NCBI GenBank assembly: GCA_951406725.2
Contig: OX597825.1
Span: 60,202,001-60,266,000, forward strand
Origin: Octopus vulgaris
Taxonomy: Eukaryota
Reading direction: 5' to 3'
DNA: 64,000 bases
This document shows positions 40,859 through 53,566 of this stretch, piece by piece; within the stretch, counting starts at the first letter, position 1, and every line of letters begins with the position of its first letter. The position numbers and the translations under genes were made by a program. The notes beneath the pieces were generated by a model. That model was given only the letters and a program-made list of their open reading frames with translations. It did not search any database and was not told the origin of the DNA.

Positions 40859-40938
40859 ATATAGTGGTCGTATACTGTCAACTCAATGTGACAGTCCCGT
40901 GAGGGACACATTGAGTTGGCAGTGTACGACCACTATAT
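40859..40938 (+). other. 80-nt near-perfect hairpin (pre-miRNA candidate or collapsed MITE)
   Basis: atatagtggtcgtatactgtcaactcaatgt-gaca-gtccc GTGA gggac-acattgagttggcagtgtacgaccactatat. Confidence 0.7.
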
Positions 40939-41930
40939 CGCTTCACGATGTATCTCTGAGACATTTAGAAATTCAATATTTCTAAAAATTTTATTATTGT
41001 CAATAAACATTTAGACTACCGTTGAAGGGCTAGAAGTCCCCGTTTGGGTCTTATATTACATGGTCTTATATTACATATGTTACCATGACAGTTTGTGTTA
41101 TTCTTCCTTTCAGCTTGTGAATCACTGCATTGTCAAATCTAACAAGTTGAAATAGGAGCTGAATATATGAAATTAAACACTATTGTTATTAACGATGCGA
41201 AGTACAAAGTATTGTATGATCAAATCCCAAATATGTTTTTAAAAACATAGAATAGTGTTTAGCTAGTTTTCATCACACATTTCTTTTAGATAGTTCCCAG
41301 GGTCAAGCAGCTGATGAAGTAGCGGTGGCAGCAACAAAAACAATAACAAAGTTAACAACAACAGTTCATCTCACACTCGTCTTTGTTTTGTTATGAAGTG
41401 TTGCCGTCTGTAGGGGACGCTTCCTGGCATTAGATAAAGAAGGTGGTGGAGAGAAGCGGTCGTCAAAAGTGCATTGCTATATCAATATTTCTTTACTTTC
41501 AGGGGTCGAAATCGACACCTATGCATCACGGGATATTCGGTGGAAACTGAAACAATGTAATCTATCCAAATAGCCCTTCAGGATTAAAATTTCGCTGCAA
41601 AACCGGTAATGTATAGAATTACCAAAGCAACACTTATACAGTGATACTATTGAAAGAAATTATTTTCAACGAGTGAAAAATAATTAACCTTACTAAGGTT
41701 ACACTATTCTTTAGAGGAAATCATGCAAAAATGATATCATCATTATTTTACACTGATATTACTGTTTATTTAATTACCGCGCTACTGTAGTTTTTGGTGA
41801 CATTAATATTACATTTCCTGTTGTTGATACAATTGTCAACGTTGAGGTTTCTTGTCGCTGGTCAGAGAAAAAGCGCAACGCCCATGAAATTTGTTTGTAC
41901 AGGTTTTCTTCAGGTTTAGTGTGGATATAT

Positions 41931-42142
41931 GCGAGCTGGCAGAAACGTTAGCTCGCCGGGCGAAATGTGTAGCCGTATTTCGTCTGCCGCAACGTTCTCG
42001 GTTCAAATTCCGCCGAGGTCGACTTTGCCTTTCATCCTTTCGGGATCGATAAATTAAGTAACAGTTACGCACTGGAGTCAATGTAATCGACTTAATCCGT
42101 TTGTCCCTTCTGTGTTTAGCCCCTTGTGGGTTGTAAAGAAAT
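41931..42142 (+). mobile_element. SINE family A copy
   Basis: gcgagctggcagaaacgttagc..gttcaaattccgccgaggtcgactttgcctttcatcctttcggg. Confidence 0.85.
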
Positions 42143-43110
42143 ATATATATATACGTGACGTAATGAAGAATCCATCTTCAAACCGAAAGTTTGCCTTAAA
42201 TAATTACAGAATTCAGTTTGTGGTGTGTTACATGGGTGACATATATCGTTTCCCAATGAGTGTAGCGTCGGAGTATGAGAAGATTGGTTTTGCATTTTCT
42301 ATGTTAGGCTACATACATATTTTATATCACGCAGTGTTTTGTAGTGTTACAATCTGTATGTAACAACGATCTTAAACTCTTGGGTCTTCGGTTACGTAAT
42401 ACAATAGTCTTTCTGTTTTTCTCAATGTACATTTCTGTTGTTTAAAACTTACCTAAATTAGCTGTCTTATTGTAATCAAGTTCAAGCCTGTACGTTATTG
42501 GCTGCTCAGCATATATCTAAATATTTTGAATTTCGTCTTATTTTAATAATCTGCCAAGTTTGGTAAATTTTCAAGCACCATACTTTCCGGCACACATGTC
42601 GACGTAATACATAGTGTAAACATATAGTTTAAAATTTTCAATATCCTCCTGTATTTCGCTTGTAATTTCTCATCTTCCAAAACTGTTTCCTTCTATAGAT
42701 CGACCGACAACTTTTGGCTGATAATTTTGATCTAAAAGCGTCACCTTGTATGCCGAAAAATACAATATCTTTCAGATCCACTAAAGTTACTTTGACATAG
42801 TCTTTTACTTGGTTTACGCCGCTGTTGGTTCATATCAGTATCATCTTTTGTCTTTCTGACTTTCTGAATATTCTGACTGAAGTAAAGGATTTTATGGCAT
42901 TTTTATTATCTGGACTCCTTAGATCACTTATCTCCCAATCTGTTCTAAGGAAACTGTAATTTACGACTAGGATGTGTAGCGTATATGTACGTATGCATGT
43001 ATGTATTACGTATGTGTGTATGCATTTATGTATTACTCTCTCTATCCTTTCTGTACACACACACACACATAAACACAAACACACACACACAAACTTATAT
43101 GTACACCTTA

Positions 43111-43141
<31 letters not shown>

Positions 43142-43479
43142 GTATGTATGTATACGAGGTGTAGTCAAAAAAGATTCGGCCTTGACTTTTTTGCACAAAA
43201 TAGTAAGTCGTGAGCAAAATCCGCATATGTAAGTGGCCACGTCCTTCCGGATTATGAAATACAGTGCTCCTATATGAGATAGCTGTTGTAAGTCGGTGTT
43301 AATACTTCATTGGTACTTTATTTCATTAATCTTGGAGAGACGAAAGTAAACAATGGCTGCTGGATTAGAACTCAGTATATAAAGTACCTTAGAATATAGC
43401 AGAAAGCATTTTGTCCGAATCGGTCGCAAAAACGATCTCTCTGTCTACTATTTCTATTGACTTAGTAGACAATAATAAT

Positions 43480-43935
43480 AATCCTATCTACAGAAGGCAC
43501 AAGACCTCAAATTTTGGGGGAGGGGGTCTAGTCAATTACATAGACCATTCAGTATTTCGCTGGTAATTAATTTATCGACCCTGAAAGGATGAAAGGCAAA
43601 GTCGACCTCGGCGGAATTTGAACTCACAACGTAAGACGGACGAAATGACACTAAGCATTTTGCCCGAAGTGCTAACGATTCTGCCAGCTCGCTGCCTTAA
43701 ACAACATTAATAAGAATCCTTACTACTATAAGCACAAATACTGAAATGTTTTATGGGGAGGAGGATTAGTCGATTGCATCGACCCCACGCCTCAGTTGGT
43801 ACTTATTTCATCGACTCCGGGAGGGTGAAAGGCAAAATCGATCGCGGCGGAACTTTAACTCAGAACGTAGCGACGAGCGAAATACTGCTAAGCGTTTCGT
43901 TCAGCGTACTTACTTCTGCCAGCTTATTGCCTTAT
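43480..43935 (-). mobile_element. Two tandem SINE family A copies
   Basis: Each ends in ctgccagct..gcctta (reverse complement of the head). Confidence 0.8.
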
Positions 43936-44450
43936 CCAGTATTAATAATAATAGAATCTTCACCATACGTGTAATATTCCTTTCTGAAACATACCTTTTA
44001 CGCACATCTTAAACCGGACTGCAGTTGCATGCAAATGCTGTGCCAAGTCAATCAACCATCCTTGGTCTATGAATGGGCTGAAGTTGCACGTTTCAGATAT
44101 GCAATAAAAACATTGCTACAGATGATACAAGAATTTTCCAGAGAAAAGCTATAAGAAATACGGATTATATGGAGACAGGGTGAAGTACTGTGATGATTCA
44201 CATACAGGGGTCCGTGAATCTCTTGGAGGAAAAAGCTGAATGAAATTTATAGTAATTTCCATTTATTTAAGAAAATGACAATGTAGCATTATTACTACGA
44301 AAATAGAAGGTAGACTATCGGATACCCTAAGTACATAGGAAACTCGATATTATTTTTCCATGTCAAAATGTATTTATGTATCACTCTCTCTATTCTTTCT
44401 GTACACACACACACAAACTCCAACACACACAAAAAATTATATGTACATCT

Positions 44451-44542
<92 letters not shown>

Positions 44543-44982
44543 GTATATGTATGTATATATGTATGTATGTATGTATGTATACTAGGTGTAGTATGAATTG
44601 CCGCACTGTACCATGTAACTTAAAGTTCTTGATAGTGTTGTAGGGCTACCGTCATGTGATATGGTGTGTTCTGGGATAGTAGACTCGGCTGATTCCATCC
44701 CTTTCGAGGTCAGACGGAAACTGATTTCTCTCAAAAGACGAGAAAGTGACAGATAGAAAAGTATGTTTAAAAGAAAAGGAAAGGAAAAGTTGACTAGTAT
44801 AGAACTGGTGCTTTAAGTTACAATTCCGAACTGAGGAAAAGTTGTCTTTAGTGCGATTTTGATTCACATCTCTGTAACCCAAAGCGATTACAGAAAAGCA
44901 ATATATATCTAACGATCTAGGGATTCGGTTAATTAGCCACCTTAGTGTGCGAATGATCAACAAAGCAATATTGATTTCTTGT

Positions 44983-45425
44983 AAAGCAGCGAGCTGGTAG
45001 AATCATTAGCGCGCCAGGCAAGATGTCTACCCACAATTTGTCCATCTTTACGTTATGAGTTTAAATTCGGCCGAAGCCAATTTTACCTTTCAGTTTCGGG
45101 ATCAATAAAATAAGTAACAGTTGAGCACTGTTGTGATGTAATCAACTTACCCCCTGTCCGAACTTGCTAGCCTTGTGCCAAAATTTGAAAGTATAATTTA
45201 ATGGCTGTAATAATGTGAAGAGGCTAGCTGAAATGGTTTTAAATTTCAGCACGGGTCTAGCAATTTTTAGTGGGTTGTGGTTTAGCGATTGTGTCGAATA
45301 CATTAACCCAGGTGCTTCGTATTTACCTCTTGGATAAGAGGCAAAGCCATCGGCGGCAGCATTTAGACTGAAATGTAAGAAATTACGGCAATCCTTTTGC
45401 TAGATATATTAACGATTCTGCCAGT
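44983..45425. mobile_element. Two SINE family A copies in opposite orientation (44983-45190 +, ~45240-45425 -)
   Basis: Family A head/core motifs. Confidence 0.65.
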
Positions 45426-46318
45426 TCTCTGTTTATACCGAATTAAAATGTTATTACACAGTTATGTTGTGAATTACAACCATTACAGCAGCAAAATATA
45501 CGCAGCATGAAATTTGTAATATGCTGAAATAGAACTTTGTACAACCAGTTGTGAAAAACCATTGATCGAATACATTCACTTATAGACATTGGAATAATCC
45601 AGTAAATAACAATACTATGATTTAAACAGAGGCAGGGGAGTTTCACATATCACTTGTTAATCTTCTGTTTCTGTATCCGAGTAGTAACTAATTCGTAGTG
45701 TTTTGTATGTATTTCTTATACCACGAATCATAAATATAAAAACAATAATAATGATAATGCAAGCATTAAGAGTTGTACTAAATATAATTATAAAAGGAAG
45801 CTATCGGTAAAGAAATGATGTCGGCGGAGGAGAGGGGGAGAGAGAGGGGGAGAAAGAGAGAGAGAGAGAGGAGGGAGAAAGAGAGAGGGAGAGGGAGAAA
45901 AGAGATAACATGGTTCCAGAAGTAATAAAACTGCGAAAATTCATTTGAAATCGTGAGAAATGATGTGAAACCTTTAAACTGCTATTATTTTGCTCAACAA
46001 TGGTTGCATCGAAGTTGAGTTAACAGTTCTTTGTCTAATTAATTCAATGAAACGATGTTCACTCGAGATCAATAGATTTGTCAGTAAATTGGGATGTAAC
46101 ATCTGAAACATTAAAAAAGGAATAAGAAATAAAAGAAAGATGGACATAAGGAAGCAGAGATTATTTTCAGAAAACTATAATTCTTCATATCTATCCGTCA
46201 GTATGACTTGCCTTTCTTTCTATTCAAAACTATCAACATAAGTTTCCGAGTGACCGTGTATCTGTGTCTTTCTACATACATATAAACATACATACATACA
46301 CACATACACGCGGCTATT

Positions 46319-46375
<57 letters not shown>

Positions 46376-46899
46376 GATTGAGGCAATTATGTTGGTTGCC
46401 GAACATTTGCAGTGAAAAGAATGAGAAGGGGATTTTGTGAGAGGCGACCTGCACACCATCTAATTTCCCTACTTCTCCTCAAATAGATTTGCATTCAGCC
46501 TAATGCCAATAATTCGGATTTACCGTTTAACTGTTCCTGGAGAATACCAACATACACCATCCTTATTATAGTCATACTTCAACTGCAACTGTATATGCCT
46601 TGTATGAGCTACCCTTATGTTTAAATATATATATATATATATGGCACAATGTGATCTACCTATTTTTATGCCTGAATAACCTCTTATTCTATGCATGCAC
46701 ATGCATAAATACATACACGCAAGCGTGCACACACACACACACGTACACACACGCCCGCGCACGTACGCACGCGCACACACACAGGAATTTTTGATCACTG
46801 ACATTATTGTCTGTTGACTGAAGTTAAATGATTGAAGCAAGTAAAATATACAAAATAACGATATAGATAGATAGACAGATAGATGGACATATATATTTG

Positions 46900-46963
<64 letters not shown>

Positions 46964-47107
46964 CTTCTATCATTAGCGATATAGGTACTCATGTATTATC
47001 CTTGTGTATATATGTACATATCTAATAATGTATGTATATATTTTATAAATTTACCTGCACGGCTGATATTTCGCTTACCACTTGTGATGGTGTCTTAATA
47101 ATACCAT

Positions 47108-47172
<65 letters not shown>

Positions 47173-47838
47173 TATACGTGTGTGCGTATGTTTATGTATA
47201 TATACATAAACATACGCTTTTATATGTATATACATATATAGTTATAAATATAAATATCTACATATATCTACACACACACACATATATACATATATACATA
47301 TACGTATGTACACATGTTCTAGAGACACACACATACACACATAGGTATATATTATTCAGAATTTAATAATGCTTATGCAAACTATTGCATTCGAGTGACA
47401 CTGCGTTTCCAATAAGGTTAATCGCCGACGCATGTCGAAGTAACTTTACGTTCTATGTATAAACACAGCCGCGGAGCAATTGAGTTCTGCGTACAAAACC
47501 TTACGGGATTTTTAACTGCTAATCATTATCGAAATGTATTATTAGCGTAGAAACAAGAATTCAAGTTAGGGTGGGGCGAACAATTATATCTTATGTAATG
47601 TAAAATCGATAAGGGCCGAAGCATTGAAGCATGAGAGATTGACAAAAGAGACGAGCAGAAAATTAGTCGATTGGGAAAGAAAAAATAGATAATACTGAAA
47701 GAAACATATAGAGTCAATCAAGAGAGGAGGGTAAGCAAAGTAAATAAAGAGGGGGAATGATGAAGAGATAATGAGGTGATGTACGAATAAATAATTAAAA
47801 GGAAAATGATGCGGAAGAATCGAATTTAAATAAGCTGT

Positions 47839-47896
<58 letters not shown>

Positions 47897-47901
<5 letters not shown>

Positions 47902-48489
47902 ATAAGGCTTCCAAATATGGAAGCGTAGTGCTAGAAACACAAAAAGGGATAAATTCATGAAAGGATTGAAAATTAAAAACATTTATCTTCTCAGCTATAT
48001 CCCAGACCGAACGCTTTCTACCTATTTTTAGCAAACACACAGAATATATTTGCCAGGCCAGGTTCTTCAGTGGGAAGCCTTCGTAATCCTAGATGCACAG
48101 ACTGTTAGAAGCACATGTAGATCTAACGGTTTGTATATTCTAACTTTTCAAACCTTTGCGCAGACGCAAATCATACCCGGCGTACAGAGAGAATGCCGGT
48201 AAAAAAATTTACGAACAAATTCATCAATCAAATAGGGTAATAAAATAAATTATTATTACCAGTGACCTAGCACAAAAGACGAGTTAGTCATTAGACTATA
48301 TATTTTTCGTATAGAAATATAATAAAAGGCTTCCAAATAAGGAAGCGTAGTGCTAGAAACACAAAAAGGGATACATTCAGGAAAGGATTGAAAATTAAAA
48401 ACATTTACCTCCTCAGCTATATCCCAGACCGAACGGTTTCTACCTATTTTTAGCAAACACACAGAAGAACCTGGCCTGGCAAATATATT
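47897..48489 (-). mobile_element. Non-coding PLE-like terminal module in partial tandem
   Basis: Direct repeat 47897-48044 / 48320-48465 plus a 26-nt inverted segment 48043-48068 / 48463-48489; begins at a (TA)n tract. Confidence 0.75.
48000..48075 (-). ncRNA. Type I hammerhead ribozyme candidate with canonical core and long stem II
   Basis: tccca-CTGAAGA-acct[ggcc tggcaaatatat tct gtgtgtttgcta aaaat]aggt-a-GAAA-gcg tt cgg-TC-tggga; GUC cleavage triplet. Confidence 0.7.
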
Positions 48490-51400
48490 TGTGAGGAAGG
48501 TGTTGAAAATATATGTTAAAACATATGAAAGCTAGGGTTCGAATTACTTTTAGCGTTAGCTGGGGCACGGATCGATTCGATCGGATTTAGATATGCGATT
48601 TGGGGCAAGACAAGAAATTATTAGATGAAAAAGTGTCCTTATTTTCATCCCTTTTCAAAACCCTTCTCAATAGCGCAAAACTAGAGAATGGATTGCAGAA
48701 TTAAAGTATATGGACAGAAATGCTAAAAAATTAGTTTCGAATTGAAACATTAACAATTTACCTCAGTCAACCAAGATTATTAAATTTATGAATCCTAGTT
48801 CTTCCTCATTCGTAGATTTAAAACGAAGCTGCTTCTTATGCGATCCAACGTACATACTTTATTTCCTAACTCACTTTTTGTTTAGTTATTTTTTTAAAGG
48901 AAATTTTTATCTGTGCTAAACATTAACCAGGCCATGTAAAAATCCTAAATTTTACGAAGCCTTTTGTCAGTCGTAATAATTTTAAACTATTATCCCTAAA
49001 ATAAACTTACTCAAATAGATTTTTAACATACTTTATTCATTTCTAACATAAATCCTTCAAAACAATATACCTTATATATTTTCAAAATAATATATACCAA
49101 AGAAGTTCAGCTATTTCTTAGGTATATTTTCCCTTTATTTGAAATTTCATATTAGAATAACTTCAGTATATATTTACCATACATCTATCCATATTTCATT
49201 GTCAAACACTTCATTATTACATACGTATTTTTATACCATCATAATAATCAATGTTGACCAACCTCTTGAATTTTGGATATTTTTATGTGTATATACATAC
49301 AGGGAGGTGATATATTGTTTATTTGTATACACTTCACTTAATTTATTATTTATTACTTATTTGTTCATACACTTAAGTATTTCTTATTTTGTTTATTTTT
49401 ATTGATTATCTGTATTCACCAGTAACTATTCTTATTATTCGCTTAGGGATACACACTCCATTACAGTATATAGCGTTTATTTTTAAATTCCCCCTTATCA
49501 TTTCTTTCAGTTCTAATCTTAGTTTAATATTTTTTATTTATTTTCATTTCTATTTCCCATCATTATTTCTGGCTTTTAAGAATTACCATTTATCATTTAC
49601 CATTTATCATTTACTGTATATCATTCATCATTTACAATGCATATCATATCATTTAACCATTTCCAAAAATTCCTTAGATTTCCATAATTTATCACCAACT
49701 ACATTACTTTTGTATTATTTTCATTGTAGGTTATTTCTTATTTCAACTATTTCACACTAACCTTTCACATCCCACTCTTTAAATTTATTATTTTTTTATA
49801 TCTATATTTTAAAATCCCCTTCTCATTCTTTTATCTTATACTTTAGATATTACTTGATATATTTTATTATTATATTTTATTAATCTATATATCTGGTCTA
49901 TACACTTCACGTCTTACATGAAATATATTATTCAGGCTTCTACTAAATTTATAACTTATTTTTATAATACATTTTCGCGCTCATTTATACATTGGTCCTT
50001 TATATATTTTCATTTACGTCGAACTTTTAAAAAAATATTTTAAAACACACACAAGACATTTTCCATTCATCTTATACAGAAAAACCAAAGACTCTGAAAA
50101 TATTTAATTCTATGGTTATAAATATGAACACATTACGGACTCATCCAAACATAGATATAACCATAAATCAGTTCCCTATTTTCACATTATTACGCAAAAG
50201 TAAAGGTTTTTTTACGCTACATATCTACGTATCTACGTTGATATATTTATCTACCACAACCCCAAACATTCTGAATATCTGTCTCACAAGCATCCACTAA
50301 CTTGGCCTTTACTTTCCGATTTTAGTTCCTTGCTTGTATGCATTTAAATATTCAATATACTTACCTACCTGCATTATGCCGGAGCATGTATGTATGTATC
50401 TATACATATATATTGTAATTGTATAAAAATGTAAACACATAGACATATTCCAAATGTAGGTATGGTTAAAGACCCCATTCAGTCATGAAGGGCCATGATA
50501 TTGCACCTAGAAAGTTCCCATCCGAGGATGACCAGCAGTCGCCCATACATACCAGCCTCTCCTCACCACGCCACCAATGTTATTGAAAGGAAAGAAAAAG
50601 GCTGATACAGATTTGCAACGTGAAATAGTGTTTTGTTTAAGAACACAACACACAGTATGGTGTGCGAATCGAACTCACTACCTCATAATTATAGCCCGAC
50701 GCTTTAACGACTGAGACATGCACCTTCAGGTATCGTTATAAAACTAATAATTTAAGTACCAGTAAGTAGACATGTCTACATTCAGATTGACTGTGTATAG
50801 CAACAGTGTATTGTTATATGTATATATATCTGAATGTATATGCGTATAATATAATGTAAAATAATATGTTCTTAAAACTGTAATATAATATAATATCATA
50901 TCATATAATGTATATGAAATGAAAATGAAGAAATATTACGTAATTTCATGAATATCAGGAAAATAATGAGAAAAGAACTGCATATCATTTTAACATTTGA
51001 GGGGCTGGAATTTGTATTGAAAGCCTCAAATTTTCCCACAAACGTGCGGTTTTCCCTTGGTATTTTTGTTTTTACAAAATATGGTAGTGCTTCTTTTAGA
51101 ATTTCCGTTAATATGTACTAATATCAAAGTACGCTCTGCTATTACTCACATCTATTCTGGTGACATTTATCCGAAATATTCATAAGAATGCATCATCGGT
51201 CATCTATTCTCAACTGTGTCGAAGAAACATACTAACATTCATAATTATTATGAAGGAGATGAAATGATTTAATACGAAACCATAAAAATGTGTTTAGTTA
51301 TAAAACCAGGAATTGTGGTGGAAAATCTAGTGTCCTACGTTATCACAGATACTCCTTAAAACTATGTGAATGTGAAGTAAAATGAATATCCGAGAATTCT

Positions 51401-51495
51401 ATTTTATTGGCTTCCATGATATGCATATACATATACATACATAAATACTTAGACTTCAAATATTTCAATATTTAAACAACTGATAAACGATCAGA

Positions 51496-52677
51496 ATGGA
51501 ACTGACCATATCGAAATCAACAACTAATTTAAACTCAAGTGACAGAATTTTGGCAGAAATCTCGAACAAACTAGCAATGCTCAGAAACAAATATGACTCA
51601 ATCACGTCAGTATTTCGGGAAATGGCTGAAAAAAACTCACATTTACAGAGAAAAATAGAAACTCTGCTAACAGCAAAACGCACTACCGAAACTCTAAAAA
51701 TAACGTCTATTACCCTACCAACAACAAAATAGTCCAATACATAAGACATCTTTAATGAAGGGAGCGAAATTCATTTGGAGAATAAAGCATTCAAGAAAAA
51801 GCAGATGAAAAAGATCTGGAATAATTTATTAAATCAAAGAAAAGAAGCATATCGGAAATCAATTAGAAATAAAAATGTAACAAACACATACGCACAGTGG
51901 ATAAACAGAGAACCAGTGATTTTCCCACGAAAATTCTATCCCAAGAATATCACATCAGAAACAAATGAAGAAACGAAAATCAGAACAAATATTGCGCACC
52001 AAAGATTCGAAGCGGAGATTAACATTCTAAAGCTTCGCACGCCTCGCTTTAATGAGAAATTAGAAATCTCCAAACAAACCTACAGAAAATTACGTGAAAA
52101 ACTACTGGACTTATGGCAAAAAGACATAGAGATACAAGAAGCCAAGTCAAATAAAATACTCGAGTCGTAAACTCGACGGCTGCAAGACTACGAACATAGT
52201 TACGGAACAGAATTCATGAGAACTAATAATAAAACACATATTCATGAAGAGACAAACTTTGTTTACAATAGCAACAATAAGAAGAAACCCCGTCCATATC
52301 AATTTCCCCATCAGACAGAACAATAACCAAAGTGTAACAACTACTTATTCATTTCATAAACGAAGCCCCTAAAATCAAAAAATTGCTAACGTCCACATTG
52401 GAAAAACGAACGAAAAAATAAAATAACACCGATAAGAATACACATGATCAAACGTAAACCAACAAACGTCTTAAAACACAACAATCCTAAAGACAGACGA
52501 AAATATCAAAGTAGATGGTATAACAACCGGGAAAATCCCTTCCGACGTAATGTAATGACAGAGAGGAACCAGTGACTCCATTTTTTAGAGAATAAGCTCT
52601 CCAAACAAAAACGAAGGAAAACATTAATGATACAAGAAGTCATGAAAACATTCGACTGACCTGAAAAAAATCAACCT
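51496..52677 (+). pseudogene. Interrupted basic/coiled-coil ORF, probably the upstream ORF of a non-LTR retroelement
   Basis: A-rich coding-like strand bias, two fragments of 78 and 131 aa (..WINREPVIFPRKFYPK..), cut by the mariner relic; family assignment is inference only. Confidence 0.35.
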
Positions 52678-52689
52678 TTCACAATGGAA

Positions 52690-53515
52690 TTTTATGGAAA
52701 GTGAAATCACCCGATTTCGACTCGAAAAATTGATCCAACCAAGCTCTCAATTCTGCATCAGTATTGAACGAAACTCCACGCATATCATTTGAAAAAGATG
52801 GAAAGTGGTAGAAATTCGTTGGTGCCAAATCAGGAGAGTACGGCGGGTGTGGCAGCACTTCCAAGCCATGCGTTTGAAAGGCTTCTATGGTCATATTAGC
52901 GACATGTGGGAGGGCGTTGTCGTGCAGTAGAAGACACTCCATTCTCCTGATTAGGACTTTTCTCTTGAATAACAGTGTTGAGTGGTTCCATCTGTTCAAC
53001 ATAGACTTCCACGTTGACCGTTTGGTTTCGTTCAAGTAATTCATAATGGATAATCCCTTCCCAGTAGAACCATACTCACAACATCGTTTTACGCGGATGA
53101 AGATCTTGTTTCACGCGCAATGTCGCTTGTTTATCGGGGCAAAGCCATTCCTTACGCTGCTTCATATTAATGTACAGGTACCATTTTTCGTCGCCAGTAA
53201 GTACTCGGTAAAGAAATCGTTGCTTGTGTCCATGAGTTGAGCGGTCACGAGCAAGCAAACCAGCGGAGATTGTGGTTCGTTGATTTTTGTTGTTGTTGTC
53301 ATTTAAAGCATGCGGAACCCATGCTCCATACTTCTGAACCTTTCCCATCCAGTTAAGATGCTCCTCTAAAGCAGTGTGGGTGCATTCCATTTTCTCTGCC
53401 ATTTACCTTGTCGCTTGACGAGAATTTCCTTTCAAAAGTTGGTTTAATCGTTCTTCATCGAACTCAAATGGGCGGCCAGAACGAGGTGCGTCTTTGAGGT
53501 CAAAATTTCCATTGC
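52690..53515 (-). mobile_element. mariner (D,D34D-type) transposase relic
   Basis: DLKDAPRSGRP, WVPHAL, VLTGDEKW, HPRKTML, LLHDNALPH, LPHPPYSPDLAPT; stops and frameshifts present. Confidence 0.9.
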
Positions 53516-53566
53516 AATTAAAAACATATATGTATTAAGAATCTGGGTACTTTACCAACAGTATAT

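Noticed and set aside
48900-50300. Hydrophobic ORFs in a pyrimidine-skewed AT-rich stretch
   Set aside because: Composition-driven; no motifs; probably decayed repeat UTR.
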